Assembly: GCA_965140415.1 (NCBI GenBank)
Contig: OZ223209.1
Location: 1,280,001 to 1,344,000, forward strand
Direction: 5' to 3'
Source: Myxococcota bacterium
GTDB lineage: Bacteria; Myxococcota_A; SURF-8
DNA: 64,000 nt
In this document: positions 51,101 to 60,467 of the stretch, in pieces
Position numbering within the stretch: the first letter of the stretch is position 1
How the letters are laid out: every line of letters starts with the position of its first letter
Notes under the pieces: model-generated
Database searches by the model: none
What the model saw: the letters and a program-made list of their open reading frames with translations, nothing else
Told to the model about the DNA's origin: nothing
Program-made: the position numbers and the translations under genes

Positions 51101-54100
51101 CTGCGGGAACCTTTGCCAGTTCCACCGGACAGGATTCCTGCACCGCTTGCCCGACCGGCACCTATGCTGCTGGCACGGGAAGTGTGGCCTGTGATGACTG
51201 TCCCGCTGGCTTCTTTAACGGCCTCACCGGGCAGGCTTATTGCACCAGTTGTCCGCCGGGAACCTACCAAGACATTTCCGGCGCAACAACTTGCAATGAT
51301 TGTCTGGCAGGGAGCTATGCCGATACCTCCGGAAGCACTTCCTGCTCTGCCTGCGATGCGGGTACTTATGCCAGTAGTACCGGTAGTGCTGAATGCTCTG
51401 TCTGCGATGCCGGAACCTTTGCCAGCGGCACGGGAAATACGTCTTGCACCGATTGCGCTGCGGGTAGCTATACCGACGCTACAGGTCAGGCTTCCTGCGT
51501 GGCTTGCGACGCCGGAACCTTCGCTAGCGGCACGGGAAATACCTCCTGCACCGACTGTGCGGCGGGTTCCTATACGGATTTGACAGGGCAGGCTTCCTGC
51601 ATGGCTTGCGATGCCGGAACCTTCGCTAGCGGCACGGGAAATACCTCCTGCACCGACTGTGCGGCGGGTTCCTATACGGATTTGACAGGGCAGGCTTCCT
51701 GCGTGGCTTGCGACGCCGGAACCTATGCTAGCGGCACGGGTAATACTTCCTGCACCGCCTGCGCGGCGGGTTCCTATACTGACGCTACAGGTCAGGCTTC
51801 CTGCGTGTCTTGTGACGCCGGAACCTTCGCCAGCGGCACGGGTAATACTACTTGTACCGACTGCGATGCGGGTACTTATGCCAGTAGTACCGGTAGTGCT
51901 GAATGCTCTGTCTGCGACGCCGGAACCTTTGCCAGCGGCACCGGGAATACTACTTGTACCGACTGCGCTGCGGGTTCCTATACCGATTCTACAGGTCAGG
52001 CTTCCTGCGTGTCTTGTGACGCCGGAACCTTCGCCAGCGGCACGGGTAATACTACTTGTACCGACTGCGATGCGGGTACTTATGCCAGTAGTACCGGTAG
52101 TGCTGAATGCTCTGTCTGCGACGCCGGAACCTTTGCCAGCGGCACCGGGAATACTACTTGTACCGACTGCGCTGCGGGTTCCTATACCGATTCTACAGGT
52201 CAGGCTTCCTGTGTGGCTTGCGACGCCGGAACCTTCGCCAGCGGCACAGGGAATACGTCTTGTACCGACTGCGCAGCGGGTAGCTATACCGACGCTACAG
52301 GTCAGGCTTCCTGCGTGGCTTGCGACGCCGGAACCTTTGCCAGCGGCACAGGGAATACGTCTTGTACCGCCTGTGTGGCGGGTAGCTATACCGACGCTAC
52401 AGGTCAGGCTTCCTGCGTGGCTTGCGACGCCGGAACCTTTGCCAGCGGTACAGGGAATACGTCTTGCACCGACTGCGCCACGGGTAGCTATACCGACGCC
52501 ACGGGTCAGGCTTCCTGCGTGGCTTGCGATGCCGGAACCTTTGCCAGCGGCACAGGAAATACGTCTTGCACCGACTGCGCTGCGGGTTCCTATACCGACG
52601 CTACAGGTCAGGCTTCCTGCGTGGCTTGCGATGCCGGAACCTTTGCCAGCGGCACGGGAAATACGTCTTGCACCGACTGCGCGGCGGGTAGCTATACCGA
52701 CGCTACGGGTCAGGCTTCCTGCGTGGCTTGTGACGCCGGAACCTTTGCCAGTGGTACAGGGAATACGTCTTGTACCGCCTGTGCGGCGGGTAGCTATACC
52801 GATCTGACAGGTCAGGTGGCGTGTGTGCCTTGTGCTGTAGGCAGTTATGCGGCAAGCACGGGTTTGACGGCCTGTGTGCTTTGCCCGGCTGGACTGTTTG
52901 CGAGTGAATTGGGAAGCGATAGCTGCCAGCAATGTCCCATTGGAACGATTGCAGCAACAGAAGGTAGTTCGGAATGCACACCTTGTGCTGCGGGGACGTA
53001 TATCGGTGAGGCTGGTCAGAGTGCATGTCTGTCCTGCCAGCCGGGTGAATATTCCACTGGCAGTGGCAACTCTGTCTGTACGGCCTGTCCCATTGGATAC
53101 TACAACGATCAATCCGGTCAGTCGGAATGTATCGCCTGTGATGAAGGATTTAATTCCGGTGAAGGCGCTACCAGTTGCTTCTCGGTTTGCGGCGATGGTC
53201 TGGTTGTCGGCGATGAAGAATGCGACGATCAAGATACCGATAACAACGATGGCTGCTCGTCGGTCTGTACGATCGAGGACGGCTATCTGTGTCCGACTCC
53301 GGGTGCGGATTGCGTGGTTGCCTGCGGTGGTATTGCCTACTACGATTCCACGGTTTGCAGTGAACACGGCACTTGCGTCGCTCCCAATGAGTGCGAGTGC
53401 GAACCCGGATTTGTAGGTGACAACTGTGGCTTGGCCGATACCGATGAAGACGGTGTGGCGGATATCGTCGATGTCTGTCCCGATAGCGCCGATGACGATG
53501 CCGATGAAGACGGTTACTGTGCGGGCGAACGCTACAACGAGCCGAAGCTTGGTGGTGATGATTGCGACGACGATCCGGGTGCCTGCGGTGAAGACTGCTA
53601 TCCCGAGGCGGATGAATGGTGCGACGGATACGACAACAACTGCAACGAAGAAACCGACGAACTCTACGAAGACCTGGATGACGTTTGCTATGTGGGTGTC
53701 GGTGCCTGCGAAGCGGAAGGCGTGATGGTCTGCACCGTCGATGGAATCACCACGGAGTGTGATGCGGTTGCGGGTGAGCCTGCGGCAGACGATGTTACCT
53801 GCGACAACGTGGATGACAACTGCGACGGTTCCACAGATGAGGGTTACGTCAGCCTGGAGACCGACTGCGGCGTGGGAGCCTGTGCGGCTACCGGTTCCAC
53901 AAGTTGTGAAGATGGCCAGGTGCTGGATAGCTGTACACCGGGTCAAGCGGCAGCGGACGATGTCACCTGCGACAGCGTGGATGACAACTGCGACGGCTCC
54001 ACCGATGAAGGTTATGTCAGCTTGGATATCCACTGCGGCGTGGGAGCCTGTGCGGAGGCGGGTTATACTAGCTGTGAAGATGGCCAGGTGGTGGATATCT

Positions 54101-55395
54101 GCACGCCGGGTGAGCCTGCGGCAGACGACGTCACCTGTGACAATGTGGATGACAACTGCGATGGCTCCACCGATGAGGGTTACGTCAGCCTGGACACCGA
54201 CTGCGGCGTGGGAGCCTGTGCGGCGACCGGTTCTACTAGTTGTGTGGAAGGTCAGGAAGTAGATAGCTGCACGCCGGGAACTCCTTCGGATGAACTCTGC
54301 GACGGCGTGGACAGCAACTGCAACGGCGTAGCCGATGAAAACGAACAGCTCGACAGCCTGTGTATGGAATATGCCAGCTGCCAGGTGGATGGCGAAACCT
54401 ACGCCTGTATCTGTGACGATGGATACGAAATGGAAGGCGAAGTCTGCGTGGCGCTGCCCTGCACCGGTCAGGACGACTGGACGGCCTGTGCGATTCTCGA
54501 AGGGGATGCGGATATCGAAGGCGGTTGCTTCGATCAAGCCTGCGAAGCGCTTGCGGTCGGTGATGGCTGCTTTAACACCGAGGAAATCTTCGTGGACGAT
54601 CTGTATGAAGCGGACTTCGGTGGTGCGCACGCTTATGCCGCTATCGAATCTCCCTGTGTCGACGGGGCAGCCGTATCCGGGCTGGATCTGTTCCTGTTCG
54701 CTTCATTGGAAGCGGAACACAGCTACAAGCTGAGCTTCTCCAACAATAGCGGTTCCGCACTGACAGCAGCCTTCATGCTCGATTGCGACGACTCGGAAAC
54801 CTGTCAGGGAACGGCAATCGAGATTCCGGCGGATGCCCAGGCTCTCGGCTTCGATCTCCCTGAGTATATGGAAGAGACTGCACTGTTCTTCCACATCGTA
54901 TCGAACGCTGCGGATAAGGATGCCGCCGGATTTACGGTTCTACTGGAAGATGTCACCCCGGTCGTTGATGGTGATGGTGTTGACGGCGACATGCCCGATG
55001 GTGACATGCCTGATGGCGACATGCCCGATGGTGACATGCCTGACGGCGACATGCCCGATGGTGACATGCCTGACGGCGATATGCCCGACGGTGATATGCC
55101 TGACGGTGATATGCCTGACGGCGACATGCCCGACGGTGACATGATCGATGGTGATTTAGTCGACGGCGATCTGGTTATCGACGGCGATGGAACCGATGGA
55201 GACGGTGTCGTCGATGGAGATGACGCGGACGGCGACGACGCCGATGGCGATGAAAGCACCGACGGCGACGGCTTCGATGATGACGACGATGGCTGCCATC
55301 AGACGGAATCGACTTCGGCTATGTGGTTATTCGCCGGATTGCTTCTGGCACTGACCGTACGGCGAAGGCGTTTTCAAATTGTAAAAGTTAAGTAG
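48163..55395 (+). CDS. 2410-aa Cys-rich surface protein (DUF4215-like, EGF-like, 17-aa GCC2/GCC3-like repeats, MopE-like repeats, MPDGD linker, MYXO-CTERM-like tail)
   Basis: Signal peptide; three CGxG..GEECDD...DGCS modules; DECxx..NCD.NATCTNT.GSFTC.C..GY EGF; CDxxDxNCxGxxDE repeats; tail DGC...LLLALTVRRRR; GGAGG RBS. Confidence 0.88.
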   Translation: MRLGKRMVWVFLVLALVCLSAPLWAATKTTTITVDYAIDYPDPDCVCSHGYSDPPVWGGSAGLAQYFNDPLPSSAKVLSFEATAYGTTCGSNVNVTIEIQGTSIGSLTMTGACDCADCYNEIVTSSTYTDFPGYNHGGQNSFQFTSFSGEFYPSYVELEITYNDECGNGTLEAGEECDDNGNDDGDGCAADCTVESGWLCNNTPMPTVCIDYDECLGQNGGHNCDTNATCTNTPGSFTCACDAGYYGDGTSCTACPVGTYNALTGQTSVAACLDCAAGYYADSTGQTECSACPEGSYASGTGNDSCTLCATGTYNGSTGQSSCTVCPTGEYADSTGSTACTNCPAGTYNALTGQTSITACLDCATGYFGSSAGLASCTACPSGTYAASTGSTACDDCAAGTYNNIPAQASCVVCPMGSYQANTGQTACTDCLAGSYADSTGSTSCDDCPVGSYTDSAGQSECIPCSVGYFASSSGGTSCTACPTGTYADSTGSMACDDCPAGTYNDQTAQSSCTNCPAGYYNPSTGEASCTECPFGFNSDEGATTCYNVCGDGNVVTGEECDDDDTDDGDGCSSTCTVEDGYACDANQPSNCADINECTENTDNCDDNATCTNTVGSFTCACDTGFYGDGVTCTACPAGTYNALTGQTTSDACVACDAGTFASGTGNTTCIACAAGSYTDSTGQASCVACDAGTFASGTGNTSCTDCAAGSYTDATGQASCVACDAGTFASGTGNTSCTDCAAGSYTDATGQASCVACDAGTYASGTGNTSCTDCAAGSYTDSTGQASCVACDAGTFASGTGNTSCTDCPVGSYAELTGQTSCSLCAAGTYNDQTGQVSCTECAEGRYTALPGQIYCLACDAGTFASGTGNTSCTDCAAGSYTDATGQASCVVCDAGTFASGTGNTSCTDCAAGSYTDATGQASCVACDAGTFASGTGNTSCTDCPVGSYAELTGQASCVVCDAGTFASGTGNTSCTDCAAGTFASSTGQDSCTACPTGTYAAGTGSVACDDCPAGFFNGLTGQAYCTSCPPGTYQDISGATTCNDCLAGSYADTSGSTSCSACDAGTYASSTGSAECSVCDAGTFASGTGNTSCTDCAAGSYTDATGQASCVACDAGTFASGTGNTSCTDCAAGSYTDLTGQASCMACDAGTFASGTGNTSCTDCAAGSYTDLTGQASCVACDAGTYASGTGNTSCTACAAGSYTDATGQASCVSCDAGTFASGTGNTTCTDCDAGTYASSTGSAECSVCDAGTFASGTGNTTCTDCAAGSYTDSTGQASCVSCDAGTFASGTGNTTCTDCDAGTYASSTGSAECSVCDAGTFASGTGNTTCTDCAAGSYTDSTGQASCVACDAGTFASGTGNTSCTDCAAGSYTDATGQASCVACDAGTFASGTGNTSCTACVAGSYTDATGQASCVACDAGTFASGTGNTSCTDCATGSYTDATGQASCVACDAGTFASGTGNTSCTDCAAGSYTDATGQASCVACDAGTFASGTGNTSCTDCAAGSYTDATGQASCVACDAGTFASGTGNTSCTACAAGSYTDLTGQVACVPCAVGSYAASTGLTACVLCPAGLFASELGSDSCQQCPIGTIAATEGSSECTPCAAGTYIGEAGQSACLSCQPGEYSTGSGNSVCTACPIGYYNDQSGQSECIACDEGFNSGEGATSCFSVCGDGLVVGDEECDDQDTDNNDGCSSVCTIEDGYLCPTPGADCVVACGGIAYYDSTVCSEHGTCVAPNECECEPGFVGDNCGLADTDEDGVADIVDVCPDSADDDADEDGYCAGERYNEPKLGGDDCDDDPGACGEDCYPEADEWCDGYDNNCNEETDELYEDLDDVCYVGVGACEAEGVMVCTVDGITTECDAVAGEPAADDVTCDNVDDNCDGSTDEGYVSLETDCGVGACAATGSTSCEDGQVLDSCTPGQAAADDVTCDSVDDNCDGSTDEGYVSLDIHCGVGACAEAGYTSCEDGQVVDICTPGEPAADDVTCDNVDDNCDGSTDEGYVSLDTDCGVGACAATGSTSCVEGQEVDSCTPGTPSDELCDGVDSNCNGVADENEQLDSLCMEYASCQVDGETYACICDDGYEMEGEVCVALPCTGQDDWTACAILEGDADIEGGCFDQACEALAVGDGCFNTEEIFVDDLYEADFGGAHAYAAIESPCVDGAAVSGLDLFLFASLEAEHSYKLSFSNNSGSALTAAFMLDCDDSETCQGTAIEIPADAQALGFDLPEYMEETALFFHIVSNAADKDAAGFTVLLEDVTPVVDGDGVDGDMPDGDMPDGDMPDGDMPDGDMPDGDMPDGDMPDGDMPDGDMPDGDMPDGDMIDGDLVDGDLVIDGDGTDGDGVVDGDDADGDDADGDESTDGDGFDDDDDGCHQTESTSAMWLFAGLLLALTVRRRRFQIVKVK
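48916..53180 (+). repeat. Two arrays of ~51-bp (17-aa) coding repeats with 102-bp and 204-bp higher-order units
   Basis: Alternating CAAGSYTDATGQASCVA / CDAGTFASGTGNTSCTD; exact 204-bp tandem duplication at 51785-52210. Confidence 0.92.
54961..55290 (+). repeat. 15-bp coding repeat (MPDGD)n and flanking DGD units
   Basis: About 10 consecutive MPDGD units. Confidence 0.9.
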
Positions 55396-55419
55396 GGAAG
55401 TCTCCTTGCTGAATGGAAC

Positions 55420-55451
55420 AAAAAAGGCCGGGGCAATCGCCTCGGCCTTTT
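55420..55451 (+). terminator. Rho-independent terminator
   Basis: AAAAGGCCGGGG/CCTCGGCCTTTT. Confidence 0.75.
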
Positions 55452-55552
55452 ACTTATACAAATTCAGATGGTGGGTACCTTGGTTTTGATTGTGTGTCCT
55501 TAAATAGCCTCGCTTCCCGTTTTGCTTCATTATTCGGAGAAGTAGATAAAAC

Positions 55553-55581
55553 AAAACCGGGGAGGTGGTCCTCCCCGGCTT
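55553..55581 (-). terminator. Terminator after the peroxiredoxin gene
   Basis: CCGGGGAGG/CCTCCCCGG stem with T run on the minus strand. Confidence 0.6.
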
Positions 55582-55631
55582 GACCGGATCAAAGTTGAAA
55601 GATCAAGGTGCCCGGTAATTTCTAACGGAAA

Positions 55632-56330
55632 TTACGCTTTCAGTTTCTTGAAGCACATGAACCAGTCCAGGCAGTACTGATCGTCGCTCTGGCTTTCCAT
55701 ACGCTCGGCGGCCTGTCCGCAGGATCCCGGAGGAGGAATGATTACGTCGTCGCCGGGACGCCAGTCCGCCGGAGTGGCAATTCCGTGTTTGTCCGAAGTC
55801 TGCATGGCGACCAGCAGGCGCTTGATCTCGTCGAAATTGCGGCCATTGGCCAGCGGATAGTAAACCAGCGCGCGAATCTTGGCTTCCGGATCGATAAAGA
55901 AGACCGCACGAACGGCCTGGGTGTCGCTGGCGTTAGGCATCACCATGCCGAAGCTTTTAGCGACATCCATTTTCAGATCCGCGATCACCGGGAATTTGAC
56001 TTCCACATTTTTCATGCCTTTGTATTCGATCTTTTCCTTGATCGTGCGCAGCCAGGCGATATGTGAGAAATGGCTGTCGATAGAAAGACCGATCAGTTCG
56101 GTGTTCAGTTCGCGGAATTCATTCTGCATTTTTGCGAAAGTCATGAATTCCGTGGTGCAGACCGGGGTAAAATCCGCCGGGTGGCTGAACAGGATGGTCC
56201 ATTTTCCTTTGTAATCTTCGGGGAAATTGATTACGCCCTGGGTTGTCATGGCGGTGAATGACGGAGCGGTTTCGCCGATAAGAGGAATACGGGGAGCAAC
56301 TTCCTGGGTTTCAATGTCGTGATGGCTCAT
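55632..56330 (-). CDS. Peroxiredoxin (Prx6 subfamily)
   Basis: FSHPADFTPVCTTEF, GRNFDEIKR, ATPADW, C-terminal CLDWFMC; AGGAG RBS before ATG 56330. Confidence 0.93.
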   Translation of the reverse strand: MSHHDIETQEVAPRIPLIGETAPSFTAMTTQGVINFPEDYKGKWTILFSHPADFTPVCTTEFMTFAKMQNEFRELNTELIGLSIDSHFSHIAWLRTIKEKIEYKGMKNVEVKFPVIADLKMDVAKSFGMVMPNASDTQAVRAVFFIDPEAKIRALVYYPLANGRNFDEIKRLLVAMQTSDKHGIATPADWRPGDDVIIPPPGSCGQAAERMESQSDDQYCLDWFMCFKKLKA

Positions 56331-56598
56331 AGTTTTTTCTCCTTGCGTTTCAAGTTTTGGTATATGAATCGTACAATGATGTGTCGAGCAATGTTGTATC
56401 ATGAACGATCGTCCGAGTGAATACATGGGGAACGCGAGTTAGCGACCGTTCATGCATTGAGATGCGGGAAGAGGAAAAATTATTCCGTTCCTAAAGAAAA
56501 ATAATTTCAAATAAAAAAACGGGATGGAACGAGTAAAAGTTAGAAACGGAGTTTCACAGAGTGATGTGCTGCCTCGTGTTGTAACGTGATGCGATACG

Positions 56599-56627
56599 AA
56601 AACGGCCTGCCGATAAGTGGCAGGCCG
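56599..56627 (-). terminator. Terminator after the Gly-rich lipoprotein gene
   Basis: CGGCCTGCC/GGCAGGCCG stem with T run on the minus strand. Confidence 0.6.
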
Positions 56628-56662
56628 CAGAAGTTTACAGATAGGAATATAAGACCGAAAAA

Positions 56663-58546
56663 TTACCTGGTCATTTCGACGATCTTGACTTGCAAGGATT
56701 CACCCGTTTTTCCCTGGAAGAGATCGCCCGTGGCATGAGAATTTCCGCCCGGTCCGCCGAAGCCCACCTGAATGTCGTTGTTTTCCACGTAAGTGCTGCT
56801 GTCCTCCGGTGGCTGGTAAACGAAAACTCCGTAGCTGACGCCACCACCGCCGCCGCCGCCATGACCGCCGCGACCGCCGTTGCCACCGTTGCCGCCATTG
56901 CCGCCAGAGCCGGAGGCATCGCCGTTGCCCTGCCAGAATGCGCCGCCAGCGCCACCAGCGCCGCCTGTGCCGCCCGTGCCGCCCTCGCCGCCGTCGCCGC
57001 CAGCGCCGCCGTTACCGACGACGATTTCATTCGCGAATGCGGATGCCGTAGAACGATAGTAAAAGATACCGATCGAACCGCCGCCCGGCGCACCGCCGCG
57101 ACCGCGCGTACCCATGCAGCCCGCCGAGCCGCCGCCGCCGCCGCCACCGCCCCAACCGGCAGAGTTGTACCATGCGCCGCCATCGGTGCCGCCGCCACCG
57201 CCACCGCCGCCGCCACCGGTGCCGTTTTTGCCGTCTCCGCCTTGCAGCCCCGCAGAACCGATCCACATGCCCGCCTGCGTGACCAAGCCGGTTTCGTTTC
57301 CGCCAAGGCCGTCCGTACCGGCCTGACCGGGATCGCCGGGTTGACCGACTCCGCCATCGCCGATGCTGGAGCCTAAGCCGTAGTTGCCGCCATCGGGCGG
57401 GGTGGTTCCGTTTTCGCCATTGGTGTCGTTGTCTCCCGCACCCCATCCGGCTTTTCCGCCTTTGCCGCCGTAGGTTTCACCACAAACGGCTCTTGCGCCG
57501 TTGCCGCCTTGTGGGCGATCGCCCCAGCCGGTCAGGTCGCGATAACCATTTTCGCCGGGATTGCCGGGAGTGCCATTGGCTCCGCCGACACCATTTTCCC
57601 CATCGGTACCGGATGCGCCGTCTCCGATGAACAGGCGGCAGTGATGCACCCTCACGGTCAGGCAATCCTTGATCCAGACACCGAAGTTGGAGCCGGATGG
57701 TGCGTTATAGTTGCTGGTGGTGCGAATGGTTACGAAAGCCAATTCGGTGGTGCGGGTCAGATCCTCTGCGAGTACCGCACGCAAGTTGCTGGTATCATCG
57801 ACGTTATCGACATACAACTCCGTGCCTGTTGCTTCGCGGGCCCAGCCGTTGGCCGGGTTGAAGCCGCCGTATACGCTCACACCGTCTTGCAGGCTGATCT
57901 GGCCGGGATATTGGCCGATGGCCAGATAAACGTCTTTATCCTGCTCGACTGCCAGAACGAACGCGCGTTCGATGGTCTTGACCGGTTTTTCGGCGCTGCC
58001 ACTGTAGAGCAGATCGTTTCCGTTGACCGGATCTACAAAGATCGCTCCGGAAAGGGAACCGTCGATGCCGTCGCAGTCGTTGTCGATGAACTCCGGATCG
58101 GGAAGATCCGGGTTGCCGTCGTAGTCGGGGCAGGGCAGATCACCATCAACCGGCGTATCGCCATCTACTGGGGAGTCTCCGTCAACGGGTGTATCGCCAT
58201 CCACCGGAGTATCGCCGTCTACGGGAGTGTCTCCGTCCACTACCGTGTCCCCATCCGTTTTGTCACCATCGGCAGTGGTATCGCCGTCGGGAGCGTCTCC
58301 ATCTGGTGTGTCGCCATCTGGTGTGTCGCCATCTGGAGAGTCGCCGTCTGGTGTGTCGCCATCGGGTGTATCGCCGTCGGGCGTGTCACCGTCTGGAACG
58401 TTGCTGGTTTCCTTGTCGCCGTCGATGAGGAAGTCGTCCGTCGATCCACCGCCTACGGCACAACCGGATATCGAAAGAAGGCTTAGTACGAGGTACGAAA
58501 TCAGAACCCATCCTAACAAACCGATACCATACTGCTTTTTAGCCAT
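56663..58546 (-). CDS. Lipoprotein with TPDGD repeats, DUF1565-like/beta-helix region and PGRS-like Gly-rich segment
   Basis: Lipobox ISGC; DNDCDGIDG; IFVDP..GND...GS...PVKTI..A; GGGGGGGG and GGxGGxGG tracts. Confidence 0.8.
   Translation of the reverse strand: MAKKQYGIGLLGWVLISYLVLSLLSISGCAVGGGSTDDFLIDGDKETSNVPDGDTPDGDTPDGDTPDGDSPDGDTPDGDTPDGDAPDGDTTADGDKTDGDTVVDGDTPVDGDTPVDGDTPVDGDSPVDGDTPVDGDLPCPDYDGNPDLPDPEFIDNDCDGIDGSLSGAIFVDPVNGNDLLYSGSAEKPVKTIERAFVLAVEQDKDVYLAIGQYPGQISLQDGVSVYGGFNPANGWAREATGTELYVDNVDDTSNLRAVLAEDLTRTTELAFVTIRTTSNYNAPSGSNFGVWIKDCLTVRVHHCRLFIGDGASGTDGENGVGGANGTPGNPGENGYRDLTGWGDRPQGGNGARAVCGETYGGKGGKAGWGAGDNDTNGENGTTPPDGGNYGLGSSIGDGGVGQPGDPGQAGTDGLGGNETGLVTQAGMWIGSAGLQGGDGKNGTGGGGGGGGGGTDGGAWYNSAGWGGGGGGGGSAGCMGTRGRGGAPGGGSIGIFYYRSTASAFANEIVVGNGGAGGDGGEGGTGGTGGAGGAGGAFWQGNGDASGSGGNGGNGGNGGRGGHGGGGGGGVSYGVFVYQPPEDSSTYVENNDIQVGFGGPGGNSHATGDLFQGKTGESLQVKIVEMTR
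58135..58430 (-). repeat. 15-bp/18-bp coding repeats (TPDGD)n and (TPVDGD)n
   Basis: Direct from translation. Confidence 0.88.
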
Positions 58547-58609
58547 AATCTTCCTCTGCGCTGATTGAAATGATTCGACAACTTTGTTCATGATTCATTG
58601 CTATTATAT

Positions 58610-58639
58610 ATTGTAACGAGCTTGACTCGAAACTGTCAA
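58610..58639 (-). promoter_or_regulatory. Sigma70-type promoter for the Gly-rich lipoprotein gene
   Basis: TTGACA-18 bp-TACAAT on the minus strand. Confidence 0.45.
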
Positions 58640-58785
58640 CAAGGGATTGAAAGAATACGAGAAATGTGACCATTTAAAATGGGTAACAAGCCGAATCCGT
58701 TGGCTTGCGGTTGGATGATGCTTGTGCTACAACCTGCTGAGGTTCGAAACAACTTAGGAAGCCATTATTTGCATTGGAGGAAAAC

Positions 58786-59550
58786 ATGCTGGATAAAATG
58801 AGCATGAAAGGGAAGGTTGCCATCGTAACCGGAGCGAGTCGCGGAATCGGAAAAGAGATCGTTTTCGGGCTGGCCTCGCTGGGCTGCGATGTGGCTCTGG
58901 TTTCGCGTAAGCAGGAAATGCTGGATCAGGTGGCGCAGGAAGTCAAGGACAAGTACGACGTTCGCGCCTTCCCGATTGCTTGCCATTGCGGCAAGGAAGA
59001 CCAGGTACAGGCGATGGTCGCCCGCGTATCCGATGAACTGGGGCGCATCGATGTGCTGATCAATAACGCCGCCACCAACCCGCATTTCGGTTTGGCCATC
59101 GACGGCGACACGAGTATGTTCATGAAAATACTCGAAACCAACGTTGCGGGATATTTCTCGGTAATAAAAGCCGTTGCTCCGCACATGGACAAAGTCGGCG
59201 GCGGTGCGATCGTCAATCTGGCGAGTATCGCCGGGTTCAGCCCCATGCCGTTTATCGGCCTGTATTCCGTTTCCAAGGCCGCCGTCATTTCCTTGACCAA
59301 ATTGATGGGCAAGGAGTTGGGACCGCGTAACATTCGCGTCAATGCGGTTGCACCGGGCCTGATTAAAACGGACTTTTCGCGTGCGCTGTGGACCAACGAA
59401 ACGATCTTGAATGAGGCGCTCAAAGACAATGCCATCGCCCGTATCGGCGAAGCGGACGAGCCTGCAAACGTGGCCGTGTTTTTAGCGACTCCGGCGGCAT
59501 CGTATGTAACCGGCACGACCTTTACGGTCGATGGCGGTGCGAGCATCTGA
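58786..59550 (+). CDS. Short-chain dehydrogenase/reductase (DHRS4-like)
   Basis: TGASRGIG, NNAATNPHFG, YSVSK, NAVAPGLIKTDF. Confidence 0.93.
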   Translation: MLDKMSMKGKVAIVTGASRGIGKEIVFGLASLGCDVALVSRKQEMLDQVAQEVKDKYDVRAFPIACHCGKEDQVQAMVARVSDELGRIDVLINNAATNPHFGLAIDGDTSMFMKILETNVAGYFSVIKAVAPHMDKVGGGAIVNLASIAGFSPMPFIGLYSVSKAAVISLTKLMGKELGPRNIRVNAVAPGLIKTDFSRALWTNETILNEALKDNAIARIGEADEPANVAVFLATPAASYVTGTTFTVDGGASI

Positions 59551-59619
59551 TTTGTAGCAATCCGATTCGATTGGTAAAGGGAGGACGCCTCGCTCGAACG
59601 CGACCCGTACCAGATCTTT

Positions 59620-60429
59620 GTGGGCAGCGAACATCCGGCTGCGCTGTACGCCCGTCGTCACTGGATGGGCGAACGCAGCCGGGCGCTGGGGGCGCGTGTG
59701 CGGGATCTGTTGGAACTGCGCCGTCAGGATCAGCACAAAGATGGCTCCTTCGGTGATCTGCGGGTGACGATTGAACGCCTGTTCGAATTGCTGCTTTTGG
59801 ATGCCGGTCATACGGAGATGGCGCAGCAGGGTGTGAATTTCCTTATGGAATTGCGCAATCCTACCCGCATCGACTCCCAACCCAAAAGCGGAGCAACACA
59901 ACACCTGTTTTTGCAGGTGCATTCCGCCGACCGACGCAGCCTGGTCGATCTGAATTCCTGTCCTTTCATTCATGGGGATGCGGGCCTGCTAAAAAGCAGC
60001 GCGGCCTTGTTTTTTGCGTCGCATTTCGGGCGCGTCTCGGATCTGCGAGTGGTACTGGCGTTCAAGGATTTGGATGCCTTGGCCAAGCAGGGCGATCCGC
60101 TCTGGTGTGCCCCGAGTTGCGCGGTCAATGTGCTGCAAGCCTATGCGGCACATCCCAAATGGCGGCGGGGTCGTTTGGCCTGGCGGGTGTCGGACTGGTT
60201 TCGCACCCAGCAAAGCGACAATGGCCGCTGGAAGGCGGGGATTCCCTTTCTACGAAGCCTGTGGGCCTTGTCGCACATTCCCGGTCGTCCGGCCCGGGAC
60301 ATCCTGCACAAAGCGACGCCTTCGTTAGTGCGGTCTCAACGTGAGGACGGTGCCTGGGGGCGCAAATATGCGGAGTTCAACACCTGGCTGGCGCTGTCGA
60401 TCATGAAGCGCGAAGGGATGATTCCGTAA
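59620..60429 (+). CDS. Hypothetical alpha-helical protein with prenyltransferase/squalene-cyclase-like QxxDGxW repeats
   Basis: QHKDGSF, QSDNGRW, QREDGAW; true start may lie near 59590. Confidence 0.65.
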   Translation: MGSEHPAALYARRHWMGERSRALGARVRDLLELRRQDQHKDGSFGDLRVTIERLFELLLLDAGHTEMAQQGVNFLMELRNPTRIDSQPKSGATQHLFLQVHSADRRSLVDLNSCPFIHGDAGLLKSSAALFFASHFGRVSDLRVVLAFKDLDALAKQGDPLWCAPSCAVNVLQAYAAHPKWRRGRLAWRVSDWFRTQQSDNGRWKAGIPFLRSLWALSHIPGRPARDILHKATPSLVRSQREDGAWGRKYAEFNTWLALSIMKREGMIP

Positions 60430-60467
60430 AGGGGAGGGGAGAACAAGACTAAAAGCAGAGAAACACT

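Noticed and set aside
48916-53180. Regular repeats as a possible CRISPR array or DGR
   Set aside because: Repeats are in-frame coding units with synonymous variation and no unique spacers; no cas or reverse transcriptase gene in the window
50092-54630. 1512-aa minus-strand ORF
   Set aside because: Antisense shadow of the repetitive 2410-aa gene; no signal or motif of its own
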